DNA from: Phoronis australis
Taxonomy: Eukaryota > Animalia > Phoronida
Assembly: GCA_002633005.1 (NCBI GenBank)
Contig: NMRA01000839.1
Span: 52,547 to 116,546 of the forward strand
Direction: 5' to 3'
DNA length: 64,000 nt
The notes under the pieces were generated by a model. The model was not told the DNA's origin. It searched no databases and was given only the letters and a program-made list of their open reading frames with translations. A program made the position numbers and the translations under genes. Positions 36,766-50,000 of this stretch are shown piece after piece (within the stretch, counting starts at the first letter, position 1; every line of letters begins with the position of its first letter).

Positions 36766-37218
36766 GGTCCTTTCATTTAACTCCGGTCTGAGGGGAGCGT
36801 CGACGTAAACTGCGCAGTTAACTGGACTGTTCATACTGGCTTCGGTAGTTAATGAACATCAAAGTAAACGGTTGTGTGCCGCCGCTGTCGTCATCGCAGT
36901 TATCGCAAAGTAGAGCTGCGCGCTAAGATTTTTTTCAATGTTTCAATTTGGTAATATTTACATGTTCTAAGTGACATTAAATTTATTTTTAAATCGATTG
37001 GCTATTATTAGAGCAAGATATAAGCAGCTATTAGTGGCGGCACTACCTTGTAACTGTTGACGATATCAGTGGCACCTGGCGATAACTTCGGTCTTAAACC
37101 ACCTGGTAACTGCAATGTTAATTGGAGCTGTTAACAGCGATTCAGGACTGGAGTTAAGCGTTCATACCGACCGCAACTCCCCAAATCATCGACGCGTCGA
37201 CGTTAGTATGAAAGGCCC
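36766..37218. mobile_element. Harbinger-like MITE
   Basis: Imperfect TIRs ggtcctttcatttaac / gttagtatgaaaggccc. Confidence 0.5.
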
Positions 37219-38112
37219 TTCAAAGTCGATGAACTAATAATCTAATAACTGCAACCATTGGGAACGGTTGAAGATATACTACCGCGCGTATTGATATACT
37301 CGGTGGATATACAAACGCTGATCAATATCACATGGATTCATTTTTTAATATTCTTTCAATCTCGTTTAACCAGATTTTTTACCCGGAAACAGTTGTACTT
37401 AACTTGTGCCCACTTTCATTTTTTTATTATTGACAAAGAGCTAGTCTAAGAATAGTTATATAGACAGTGCCACCGAAATTGTCCAGAGATTCCAAATCTT
37501 CAGTTTGGTTATCACCATATTTGCACTTTTGTTTGTATTTTGTGATTTGAGTTCTAATAAAGATTAAACGTAATGACACGTGAAATGTTTAGAGTACCTG
37601 TAATGTGGTAAGTTTAGGGATGGGCTCACAATGAACTTAACTAATTAAGTTTAGCTGGCGATCAAAATCTACCACTTTTTGGTACTTCAAGTTTAAAACT
37701 TAGATAAAAAGTTATCAGCCCGTTCCCGGTAAGAAAAAAAAACAAGTGGGCAGAAGCATTAAAAATTAAATAAAGAAAACCAATATGAAACTTGTCGTTC
37801 CTTTGAGAAGTGGCTCTTTTTGAAGATAAACACAAGTTAACCTTTTTAGTCATTTTGTAATATTTATAATGTACCAAGTTAAAACTACTCTCCAGAGTTG
37901 CAGGCTATAACTCTGCAAATGTCAGAGAAAACCAAATTGGGGGTACTAACAACAACCATTGTTGAGACAGTAATGCTAGCAATTACCTTTCCACTTCATT
38001 AACTGAGATCTACATCAACACAAAGGGCGTGCTGAATAGGCATCGTGAAAGTTGTCTGGGGCTTAGGGAATCAGAGCGGTCACCAGTGTAAGCGAGAAAT
38101 TCTCCACGTGTT

Positions 38113-38426
38113 GGGTTACTAGGGTTAGGGTTAGAGTTAGGATTAGGGTTTAGCTTGGGCTTATGGGATTACGCTTAGGGCTGGGTTAGGGTTCGGGTTA
38201 GGGTTGGGGTTGAGGGGTTACTCTCATAGTCAGGGTTAAGTTTGGGTTTTCGGCTATGGCTAGGACTAGGGCTAGGGCTAGTTTTAAGTTACAAGTCTAG
38301 GGCTAGAGGTCGGGCTAGGTCTTGGGATAGGGCTTAGGCTGTTGTAGGGCATGGGCTAGGGGAGTTTAGGGTTAGTTCTAGGGTTAGGGTGAGGTTACGG
38401 TTAGGGTTATGGCTAGGGTTAGGTTG
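38113..38426 (+). repeat. Interstitial degenerate (TTAGGG)n-like tract
   Basis: About 50 hexamer-like units such as ttaggg, ctaggg and ttcggg. Confidence 0.85.
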
Positions 38427-39964
38427 GCAAAGATGTGGCCGTCGAAGTAACTGGTCATTGGGCGAAGTTGGAATGTTGAATTATTGGATAGATTTCGTAA
38501 TGTATCTTAGATTTAGTCATTGGGCGGTGTCATCTTCTTTTGCTGGAGTCGCGTAGCTTGTTGACAATGTGTTCGTCATTTTCAGTAGTGGGGTCGTCGA
38601 CGTTAATGTCATTGTTGATGGGAGCACTGAACTGTTCTTATACTGGTAGGGGTTGATTTGAAGTACAAACATCAGTGGACTCGTCACCTATTCTTCGCTT
38701 TGTCAAAAACTGTATTCATAGAATGAATAGTTTTGAATCGTTTCTCTACACAATTCCTGCAGATGAGAACACAAACTTTATTCCGTCTTGTATTTTGGTC
38801 CCTTCGCTTCTACTCACTGAAAACCAAAGTTGACTAAGGTTTTTGCATTCAGCAGCAGTAATAACGCGAAGACCACTGACGTCACGTTTTGCAAACCTGG
38901 AGATTGAATTGTCGATTTATCGTAAAAGATCGTTACATGTATGCAATTGTTTAATGTTTTAGAAAGTTTAGCTATCCAAGAGATGGTGTAGTTTAGAGGA
39001 TGTGTCTTACTCGGTTGCCGGATTAGTTGAAATATAACCTTTGTTCTCAGATCCTCCTCGCCTTGCAGATTTTTCTCAGAAAGACCATAGCCTTGTAATT
39101 GCATGGGTGGTAATAAGTGACACAGAAATGACATACTCATATTTCGTGCGAAAGAATTTCAATGTTGGTAGTATGTCGTCAAAGCAAATGAGTGGAATAA
39201 TTTGATTATAAACATTCAAAGCAAACATTAATAGCAGCAGGTTTGTAAATTAAATTTCCCGGTGCACTCTGCAGTTTCACTCATGTAGTTATCACCAGCC
39301 AGTTGCTGGCAACTGTGTCCCTGATTTCAGAATAACAGGCGTTATTCATTCAGTGGAAGTAAATGATTCTAAAATCCGGAATGAGTCCGGAACCATCAAA
39401 CCTTCTATTGTCCAGTTGCCACTCTACTAGCCACGGTCTTGTCACAGTGTCGTCCTGCATGCTGCCAATTTGTCCGTCTTTTTGATAACTTTACCAAGGC
39501 TTTCCTCTGTTCCCAATTCGTATCCCCCTCCAACCATCCTGTCCTCCTGACCAGTGATTGTAACCACAGTGTCACTCTGGTAGTGACTATAATTGTGTAA
39601 CCCTTTTCCCTTGATCTTCAAGTTTATCGTGTAGCCGAAGCTCTCTAGTGGAACAGAGCGCATGCGCTGGTGAATCGTACGTTCGCGTTCGCCATTGAAG
39701 TCTATCCGAAATCATTATTTAGGGGCACAGCCCCCGATGTCTGTAAACAAGAACTGAGATTATGCTCTCGTCACAACAATCCTGTATAAAGTTAAAGACT
39801 GTGTGATGTTGTGGAACAGCATTTAATGGTATTTTACAACTTAAATCGGCACAACACATTTTGCATAGCTTAGGATCAACGCAACAAGTTTTGTCGGGTT
39901 TTGTCGTCGTTTGTATTTAGTACTTAGAGGTTAGAGCCCATCAAAGTAACAAATATCTGTTCCT

Positions 39965-42900
39965 TCAAACTGTTTGTTGAGTGATTTTCTGCCATTCATC
40001 CAGGAACTCGGTTAGGTCGACTTGTGCGTTACCTGAAAGAGAAACAGTCCTTTATCACCCAGACCAAATCAAAGGTAAATCAAAATATGCTCGAACATTA
40101 ACAAACACTTTACTAAAAAGGGTGGAACTTTATCAAAATAATACACGTTTTCCCGTCTTTGAGTTTGGAGGTTAAAGCTGGAACCCACTCCAAGAAATTG
40201 ACTTCCGTCTAAGGTTTGTCTCAACTTCCAGACTTTGAAACTTCCACATCCGGTAAAACGTAAGACAAAACTTAAGTCATAAACTTAAGTCAAACCAAGA
40301 TATCGTTTTGGAACAGTTTTAAGGCAATTTGAAGGTTTCGTTATCTTAAAATGAATCTAAATTCAAGATTTGTCTTAGCTAAGACAGTTTTCGTGAAAAG
40401 GGCTCCTGTGGTCACTCAAAAGGAGCTTGGGAGGATGGTATAAACTGAAATTGAAAACTATCATGACAGTTAAGGAAAATTTTAAAACTGAGGAATATTC
40501 TTGTTTTAGTAGAGTAAAGAATTCTTTATTTTGTCACTTTAGATTTGGTATTCTTCCATTGAAGATTATGTCGAATATGAGGTCTCAATGCTGTACTCTA
40601 TATGGCAACTTACGTTGCAAATTATATAATGAGGCCAACAATTTCTGCTCCACTTATTTGAATTTTCTGGTGTAAATTACCTTAGTTTTTTAATTATTAA
40701 TTTGTTCAGAGATCTTTTTGTTTTTGTTTTTGTTTTTGTTCATGAAGCATTTTTAAACGCAAGGGGTGTTTCTACTCCGTGTAATCAGTGGCTTATAAGC
40801 CCAACAGGCTCGGTGTGTTTTCAAATTCTGAATTAGTGGTATAAGTTCAAGAACACGTGACATTAATAAACAAATATATTTCTATTGCTAATACATACAA
40901 CCGCGATACGAACGTTAAAAAATACATTGAATCCGAAGAGTGGCGAAGTGAGCAAATTTTGAAAATGCAATTTTGCTTGAGAAATTTGTTTTCTTGCTTT
41001 TGTCGTTCGAAAGGTGGGACCAACGGTAAAGGCGATGCTCAATTTGAAATCACACCCACGGCTTAAAACAATTTGCCATTTCACGTGACTAATGAGGCCA
41101 GAAACATTAACGAAAGAAATTACAACGACGATTCAACCACTTAGACACAGTGTTAGCATTGAGTGATCTGCACCCACAGACGCACCTCTAGCTTCAAGAA
41201 TTCTAAATTTCGTTCTCATAAAAGTTAACGAGAAAATTTTAAAAAAATACTTTCATGGGAGAGTAGAAAAGGATAAATTGGTCAAAACGTCTTCAAAAAC
41301 GTTACATTCCTCTATAAAGAAGACCCATTCTGAACTTTACCGTCTGCGTCAAACTTTTCAAAAGCGACTAGAACGTCATCCTCCTCGATGGCGCCATTTT
41401 TGTTGGAATCCATATACTTGAAGAGAAGCTTTCCCTCCATTACGTCACCCAAGTTGAAGAAGTCTACCCACGCAGTTACCATCTCTTGCTCGTTCACCTT
41501 CCGGTCGGAATTTCCTGTATTGGAGATACGAAAGCTATATGCGAGAGCCATTCTGCGCTTTCAAGAGTATCTTGCTGCTGAAGTTACAGAGTTTGGTGAA
41601 TGCGCATACAAAGAAATGTTAGCTTTGGTAATGTTTCGGAGAATGCCTTTGCTATAATGGCCCTTTCACGTTTTAACATGTTTTGCGAATCGAATTGTTT
41701 GCGAAGCCTGAGAATATGCCTTCAAACGTGTAAAACTTTACACGACGACATCAGAACACTTTCCAACAAGGCGATGTAAAACGTGATGGCAGAGATTTTA
41801 ATCCATAGAACTGAGAAATAGGAATATCCTACTTTGTTACTTTTTCAAAAATGACAATGAATTTTCATGCTATTTTGGAATAAATCGACAACATATTTCT
41901 CAAAAGTAATAGTCTTTAGTAATAAAATTGAGCAATATGAGCAGAAGGCTAATTTTGAATAGGGTTTGAGATCAGCAGGGTTGACATATTGTTGACATTT
42001 TAAAAATTTACACGCTTTGTATGGCACCATACTGAAGCTACCAAACTGACAGGAATGTTAACTTTGTCTCTTTTAATTTCACAGGTAGAACAAAGTTTCG
42101 CCAATCCACAGACATCACTAAATTCCAAACTTTTAAAAATTACAGTCCAGTGTGTACTTTCGGATTTTCGTGGCAATTTATAAATTGTGAAGTCAATTGC
42201 TGTTCAAATGTCGCGGCCATTTTGAAGGTGCACCACCAGACTTTTAACAATCATTTCGAAAATTTTGTATTTACATATATTTTGGTCATTTTGCCAAGCA
42301 TTTTATTTTTTGCAAGACCATACCTACTTGAGACTAAATTTTAACGAGATCAGTTTGAAATGAAATTTCTTTTACGAAGTTTTTAACTAAAAGGAAGCGG
42401 AAAGTGTATATTTGCATCTTTGAAAGCAAAATATTCTGTTTATGACCGATTTTGTTTTGGCTTGCTCACAAATCAGTGCCGAATGGACGGGATCTACCAC
42501 TTGTATAGTACGCTTAAACCCTCAAAGCGCTGAAGTCAGAAATGCTGTACAAAAATAAATCAAGACAACGGCGACAAAGCTTCCCGTTAGAAGAGTGAAT
42601 GAACGTACTGTCATTTTAATAACAGAACCAAAACATGAGCCAAAGCAATAGTTTGAGCTGGTGCTGTGTCCCTTTTGGAAATGCCCGAGTTGGCACATGA
42701 ATAGGTGCAGAGAAAACGATCTCTCGGCTACAAAAGGTCATACAGCTGAAAACAAAATTTTACAAGCAGAACTTTGAAGCTGAACGATTGAGAAAGGGGT
42801 CTATCCACTTATATGATAACTAGTGAATACGAAAAAATACGGTTGAATATATGTTTAAAAGCCGGAAATTCTCAAAGGCAAAAACCGATTTATTGAGGAC

Positions 42901-44320
42901 CAGTTACATAGACTACCGCAATGAAAATCGCAATTAAACGCACACGTGCGCGCGCACGCACACATACACGCACACGCATACACACATACTGTACCTGTAT
43001 TGTCAATGTTCACGAATACCGTATTAAACTCGTCCATCGTCAGCTCGCCGTCTTGATTCTTGTCAACTCGGTTAAACAGCTCGATAATAAACTTTGGTTG
43101 AGAGGTGCTGAAATCAAATGTACAAAAGGACGTAAATATTAAATAAAACGACGATCTCGTTGAATACCATTGATTGACTTCGCCGGGCCGGTTCAACCGA
43201 ATAAGACATCTAATTGACTTGTAAGCCGGAAGTCGCCATCAAGAACCCAGTTAGATGTATTGGCCAGTTGACTCGGCGGAGCTGGCGTAGTCAATCAAGG
43301 ACAGCCATAAAAACCTTGGTAAAAACTGTCTTTACCGTTGCTGGTGTTTCATATGATGTTGAACATGTTTTACGCTGCGATGATTACACGGTTTGAAAAT
43401 GAATAATGCTTCGAGGGAACTAACACTAATACCAGTATGCTAAAAATGACCTGAAGCAGACTAGTTTTGTAAAACGGTGAATCACGTGACCTTGCGTAAT
43501 ACAAATACCACGAAGTTTTTGAGTAGTGCGAACTCCTAAATTAAAAGCTAAATGGAACGTTGCTTTTCAGGTTTAACCATACTAATAATTGAAAAGATTT
43601 GTTGGTGTTCCTAATATGGTGAAACGCCGCTATAAACCCAAGATCCGGCGAAAAAGCCAATTTTGACTAACCCTTTCCGCATTTTTTCGCCGCAATTAGT
43701 TTCATAACGGATTCCTACTTAGATAAGTATTTCGGCAGAAAATTTTCCTGAGACAAGTTTTGTTGATAAGACGTCCCATTTGTTTTTAATGGCCTTATTA
43801 GATGAAAGCTCTGATTGGTGGCAGGGTGATCTCTCGCCAGGTGTCAGTGGAGGTACAAGCTAACCCTGGCTCATGCGCAGTGAGGAAAGCGCAAAAAGTC
43901 AATATTACAGGCTTCATATTCAAGACACACAGCGAGAATATATGCAACGCCGTGTTCAACAAATCTTGTCTCTTACTCTGATGAGAAATGATTTCCGGTC
44001 TTATAAAGAACTAACAGTCCGTTAATGCTTGAGACGAATAAAACGACTCGCCGTACTCACGTGACAAGTCAACTTATGTAGAGTTACATCCGGGTACTAA
44101 GCAATAACAAGTTGTCAGTTCTTTTCGAGCCCAGAAAACACATCTATTTGGACTAAGGAACAAATTGAATCATATTTCCTAACCATAAGTAGTCTACATC
44201 TAAAGTTGTTTTTGTCGTGACAGAAGAATTTGTGGCCATTATAACAGGATTTTCTAAACAGACTTACCCTCTCACTGATGTGAGGACCGAGACAGCTATA
44301 AGCAGAAGAACGTACTTCAT
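39965..44320 (-). CDS. Secreted four-EF-hand calcium-binding protein, paralog 1 (about 135 aa; resembles molluscan insoluble matrix shell protein 5-like proteins)
   Basis: Exons 44268-44320 (MKYVLLLIAVSVLTSVRG signal peptide), 42995-43107 (DKNQDGELTMDE), 41341-41514 (DSNKNGAIEEDD) and 39965-40032 (GNAQVDLTEFLDEW..TV*). Phases 2/1/1 are consistent; total 408 nt. The family name is from recall, not a search. Confidence 0.88.
40430..40875 (+). mobile_element. 3' remnant of a CR1/L2-group LINE in an EF-hand gene intron
   Basis: KLKTIMTVKENFKTEEY..RVKNSLFCHFRFGILPLKI resembles the C-terminal KLRTY..FK..E.Y..R..L..FR.G..PL.IE region; ends near aataaa. Confidence 0.6.
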
Positions 44321-47037
44321 TTTGGTCTTCTTCGGTGAGTTTAACTCCAGCAAGTGTTCGACTAGACACGCCAGTTGGTCAGCTTTATCTCAGACGCGTA
44401 TCGCGTCTCCGTTTATCTTTTTGGTGTTCAGAATCGGCCCCGTTTGATTTTTGCGATAACATTTTGTGTATGAGGTTGACAAATTGCATAATAATAAATC
44501 CGAATCTATGAAGGTATTTACACGTTACTATGAAACAGACATCCGTACTGTTGCTCACGACGAGTTGCCGAGTCGTTCAGCAGCAGAGTCATGCCCAAGA
44601 GCCGTGTATTTACTAACGTTAGTTACATGTACTCCCTATACATCCTTGCACAGCTCCAAAGAGATTCCGTTATGTGGCTTTTTGAAAGACTTGGGAATAC
44701 AAGTCACGTGGTTCAGACATCGATGCAATGAAATACGACATCTGGACGAAGACTTGGGGGAGATCGCCATAATTTTTTATTAACAATTTCAGAACGCATT
44801 CGAGAGTTTTCGCAAGCATGCACCCACCCTTTAACGGATATGAAAGCGGTGTAATTAAGGAAAGATATCTTTAGTGTTTGCAATGAGCTATACCGGGACT
44901 GCGTTGAAAGTGTGAGCGCCTGACTGAGATTCAATTTTACCCGCTCCCGTCGCAACCTGTTTTGCCTTTCATTTGGCCATCACTAATTTTTCTCTCTCCC
45001 ATCTAACTTGTGCAGCCCTGATGGCCGCCATCTCTGACTCCTAAAGTTCTGCAGGTCTGGGCATTGAGTCAAACATCTACGAACTATCTGTCAATCAGTG
45101 AGGTCACGTGACAGTGTATTTTAGTGAAATTCAGAAATAAAGAAAGGTTCCGATAGCACGTGATGAATTTTGTTTCGTATAAACGTTCAAAATTCTATTG
45201 TAGTTTTCTAATTATATCATTTTTTTCATGCCACATAAGTTTTTTGTCACAAAAACGTAAAATTCTTATTTTTGATAGCCCTTCATGCAAAATAGGAACA
45301 TCTTAAAAACAATTCCCAACAATGTATTGGAAAAAGCATGGTATCCAAAGACTTCGTAACAATTCGATGAGAGACCCAAAGCTGGCCAACAATTTTGGCA
45401 CATTTTGTAGGGTCCTGAAATGCATAATTTAAATGTTATTGGTTTGAACCAATAATGACCTGTCAGATCTATTCAAGTCAATAATCATTTCTATTCTGAC
45501 TAGGGAGAAAGATGAAACCAAATTGAGATCAGTACATGTAGGTGGCCTAAGACAACGCTCGGGTTAATTTCCCTTAAAAAGAAAATTGTTTTATTTAGTT
45601 TTAGGGATGGGCGCTCTCCCCACCGTCCTACGCCTGTGGGCTTGCTGGTTCAGTCAACCGGGGAATAATCCCAAATTAGACAATGAATCAGTACATCCAA
45701 AATGATAACTACCATGGAAAGTTTATTATCGGCGGTTTTAGAAATGTTTTGCCTTGCTTTGACAAAATACGTGTATGTGCGCACCATGCAACACCAATGT
45801 CTTCCTGGTTACATGTGTACCTCTGTTTAAAGCAAGTAGAATTGAACACTTAACCAGTTTCTGCGCATTCGAGCTTTCTTAGGTTTCACTCGTGCCGCCA
45901 ACGTACGCAGATGTATACATTTATATGACTATTTCAAACTTTTTATCTCTCGCATGTAAGTTTTCTTATAGATTTTTGCCGTATTATCAATCTGTGTTCT
46001 GTTTGTGCACAGAGTAGGAATTTTACACTTCATCAAATCTGATTCCAGCGTTTGATGTTCGTTATTGAGGCACAAAAATAAAAATATACAGAAAATATGC
46101 AATTATGTTTCTTTCACCGATTTGGGTTGCAGACTTCGTAATGGCTAAAACCATTAGAAAAAATACCAGGTGTAATGCAGATATGTGCCATAGGTGGTCT
46201 TGAATAAAAAGCGCGTTCTCGGTGATCCAGTTCTGATACGTTTCGTTTTGGAAATTTGATCTCTTTTCCATGGTAACCCCTAAAGTAAAATGCATTAAAC
46301 GAGGAAGCTTGTATTGAAAAGAGTAGATTTTCAGACTAACATTGATGGATTTTACAGCATTAACAGTCAGGTTTCATGAACATAATACAAGGAGGGATAT
46401 AAATTTCGTCGGCAGACGCATCGTTAGCAGGTCCGTTGACAGGAAATTTATGAGGTGCCTGAGATGCACGTTACAGCAGGAATTCAAGGGTCCAATGGGT
46501 TTTGGACACCCTCCCCTCAGGCACTTCGGTATGGTTGCTATACAAAAACTGAAATGTATGTACATTATCATGTCCCTGGTAATGAACCTAGATCAGCGCC
46601 TGAAGCAGGTGTGCGTTCTGTAGACTCAAAAGCTCACGAGAATGCAACATCACGCAAGACCTCGTGAGATTTCGCCATGCGTTGCAAGCGAGGCACGTGA
46701 TCACTCTTACTTCACTAGCGAAATTCTTGCGTCTACAGAACGTAGCCCGCTATTTTAAGATTAGAGGAAGTCAAGTTCACTTTGTTCTACAATGGCCTCC
46801 ATGGCAACGTCGTCCTGAATTTTATACTTGGGTCGTCATCTTCTTTTACTCTGAATTTTCGCTTCTGCCGGTCTTTGTTAATAGCTGTCGAAGATGATCC
46901 ATTGTATAAAATGTGCTCGTAATGCAAATTATATTTCATTCTCGAACGACATTCTGTTCTAAACCAATTGACAATAAATATTTCAGCACTGATGCTGTCG
47001 AATCACGTGACTTTGGGTCGCATTCGTCGTTTCCCGT

Positions 47038-50000
47038 CTATGATAACACCAAGCTTCCCCATACGGTTAAGAATTCGTCTGAACTGACAGCGGAGCTCTC
47101 TGAAAAAGAGTGGAAGACCATGAAAGCTTTGCAAAGGCTGTTGTTGCAAGTGACATCACAGTGGAACATGTTCATTTCGCACTGCTGCATGTTCTCTCAA
47201 ACACCTGGTGTCTGTTTATAATTACAAAGACATGAGTTCATAGTAAATGGTCGGAAGCTTGGGTATCCAGCTCCATTGGATGTTTATAGAAAAATGAAAG
47301 TTGACGCATGCGCACTCTCAGAGTACAGATTTGGGTCATGTTGACGCCACCTGGTGACTGAAAATGCATGTACAAAAGATTTTCCTGCAGTGAAGTTATG
47401 AATTCCCAAAATGTATTGCGCAAACGACGTCTCACCCGACCCGTAAGAAAGCCAAAGTTGGTTGCCGGAGTATTATCATCAACAGACGAAAGCGTCTATT
47501 CTTCAAGCTCTTAAAAGTTTGAGATATGCATTATGTGGATGAATATTCTCATCGGATTGATGTGAAATAAAAGAACCGTTGTTATCAGTTCTTGCAAAAT
47601 GGAGTTGCACGAAACTGTCCCACTAAGAACACTTGATACCCTTGCTCACGTGGTGCATGATGCTTTTTACATAAACATTTGAATGCCCTACATGTATTGT
47701 GAAATTTTAGCAACTGACTTTACCATCGGTGTCGAACATTTCAAAGATGTATGGGACATCATTGTCTTCAATTAGCCCATTATCGTTCATGTCAAGTCGT
47801 GTGAAGATAAGTTTCGCCTCTTCTGGCGAGCCGAAGCTGTGGACGTCAACCCAGGCTTTCACCATTTCGGGCTCTTCAACTTTCTTGTTGTTGTTTCCTA
47901 AATTGGAAATTTAATTGTGGAAACATGTGTCTATGGGTTTCCATTACATTCCAGTTCAACTTTAAAATTCGCCCAGGTATACCAAGCTCGCAATTAATGA
48001 CATGGGCAGCGCACCATAGGGGGCAGTGAGGGGGGGGGCTTTAGCCCCCACTTTTTTCAGTGCTGCGCCGCCCGTGAATGATCCCCGTATTCGAGCTATG
48101 AACTCGGGGAAAATCTCGAAACTTCAAGTTCAGACTCGAACGTTTGGTCTCACCAAGTGTCAGCTACGTTTTCCACGTAAGTCAAAGTGTACTTGAGCAT
48201 AGATAATAGACACTTATCTTGAGTTCGCACAAAAGTCTAGTCGTATTTACGACAATGAGACTAAACGCACCGTTCATAGATTCTTATTAGAATGTAACAA
48301 ATTACAACTTGATTTTTGTTTTAGCCAGCTAAGCAGGGCGAAACGCTGTTTATCTCAGGATAGTTATGAAAAAGTGAGCACAGATCGCACAATCGAAATG
48401 ACGCATGACATGGACTTTTTAAAAGGACAACTGCATGAGGAAGACGGGAAAAATAAAATATTCTGTGAAATCCAATTTTTGTCACTGAGGCAAGTTTTTG
48501 TAAAATTAAAATTTCTTGTTGTAAATTCGCGGACCTATTTCAATTAGCTAATGCGTTCAGATGTTTTGTCGTTTTTAATAACTGTTATTAGACTATCTGT
48601 CTTATGGACCTGCTTACTCTGCCCCCAGTGTCTAATATTGGAACATTTCAATTCCACACTGAAAGCGTTTCTTTAACTTTTCAGTTAAAAGCGTCCTGCC
48701 CCCTAAATCCTCTTAGCGTCTAATTCTTACTTCTACAGGTTCATTTCACCGCCACAATTTTAACTGCCGACGAAGCCACACGTTTGAAACAATTTGGACA
48801 GATTTGGCAGGGAAAATCTTTTATTTTCGAGAAATCCACGTTCTGAGTCTACATCAATGGGTGTACCAGATCAAAGGCTATCCGTACATACCCGTTTTAA
48901 ACTGCAGACTGTTAATGTTTGCTCATTTCGGCATGGCAGATCAGACAATTTCGACAGCCCCATTGACATCGACGGTAGCATGAACTAGCGCTACCTATCG
49001 TAGTTGTTTGCCAACGATCGTCTACGTATTCTACAGCCTCGTCCCCAAGTCTGAAGAAGGCGCAGATCAATTTACCATTTGAGCCGGGCTTGGTGAGACA
49101 CCCACGTCCTTCTGGAGCGAGAACCTCCAAACACTTGAATCTCTCGATACTTGAATATCAGTTTTTGAGATTCTTGACCCTACGTCTTTGATATGATATT
49201 TTTTAAAAATTAATTTTACTAAAAAGTATTTTTCCTGAAACTAAATCAGATTTAAAGGCAGATTTTAACTGTTTTCAAAGGCATTATTGTTGCTACCATT
49301 TGTAATTCGAAGGACTTTGAAGACACTGTTTTTGTGATCGTTTAAAATATTACGTGCTTGCGTACTTACTGTCAATTCTGTTTTATTGAAAGCACCATAG
49401 AAATTATTCTGCTATTGCATTCAACACCTTTCAATGATCTAAGCCTAACTTGGTGCTTAAATAAGGCTCATTTTGATTTTTTGTATTTACTACAGCAAAT
49501 TTCAGTTAATGCAACTTGATATCACTCGCAATATTCCGTCGATTTAGCTATAACAAGGCACAATTCCGCCAATGAAAATTTTCCTCACCAAAAACCCTGG
49601 CTCAAATTGCTGTTGATACTTGAGGTCGAGGATGCGTATTTTTGTAAGCGCAACACACTGCTCAACTAGATTTGTACAACTTCCCTATGCCGAGAGAAAG
49701 TCAAAGATGCCAGAACACTTTTACCGCCTGCATTTCCTCCAATGAATTTGGCTTTCACATGAATTCCGTCATTGATTTGAAAAGTAATGACATTTCTGGA
49801 CAACGCTTTACTAACCGTGGCCACCTGGGTCCAGCTGCATAAACGTTATACGCCATATAGTATGATGGGCCGTTGGGGGGAAAGTGTCGCCGGAAAAACA
49901 CGAGCGTAATCATGTACATTACGCCGTTATTTACGTCGTTAATTACGCCGTAAAATTACGAGCGTAATTTAATTCTTTACGGCGTAAAATTACGCTCGTA

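Noticed and set aside
38480-39200. Coding-looking minus-strand stretch (ORF 38814-39140)
   Set aside because: Interrupted by stops in all frames and has no motif I can recognise. It may be a decayed TE, but that cannot be supported from the sequence.
46374-46545. Candidate last exon of EF-hand paralog 2 (ATIPKCLRGG...)
   Set aside because: 47038-47099 aligns with the last exon of paralog 1 and completes EF-4; this one does not.
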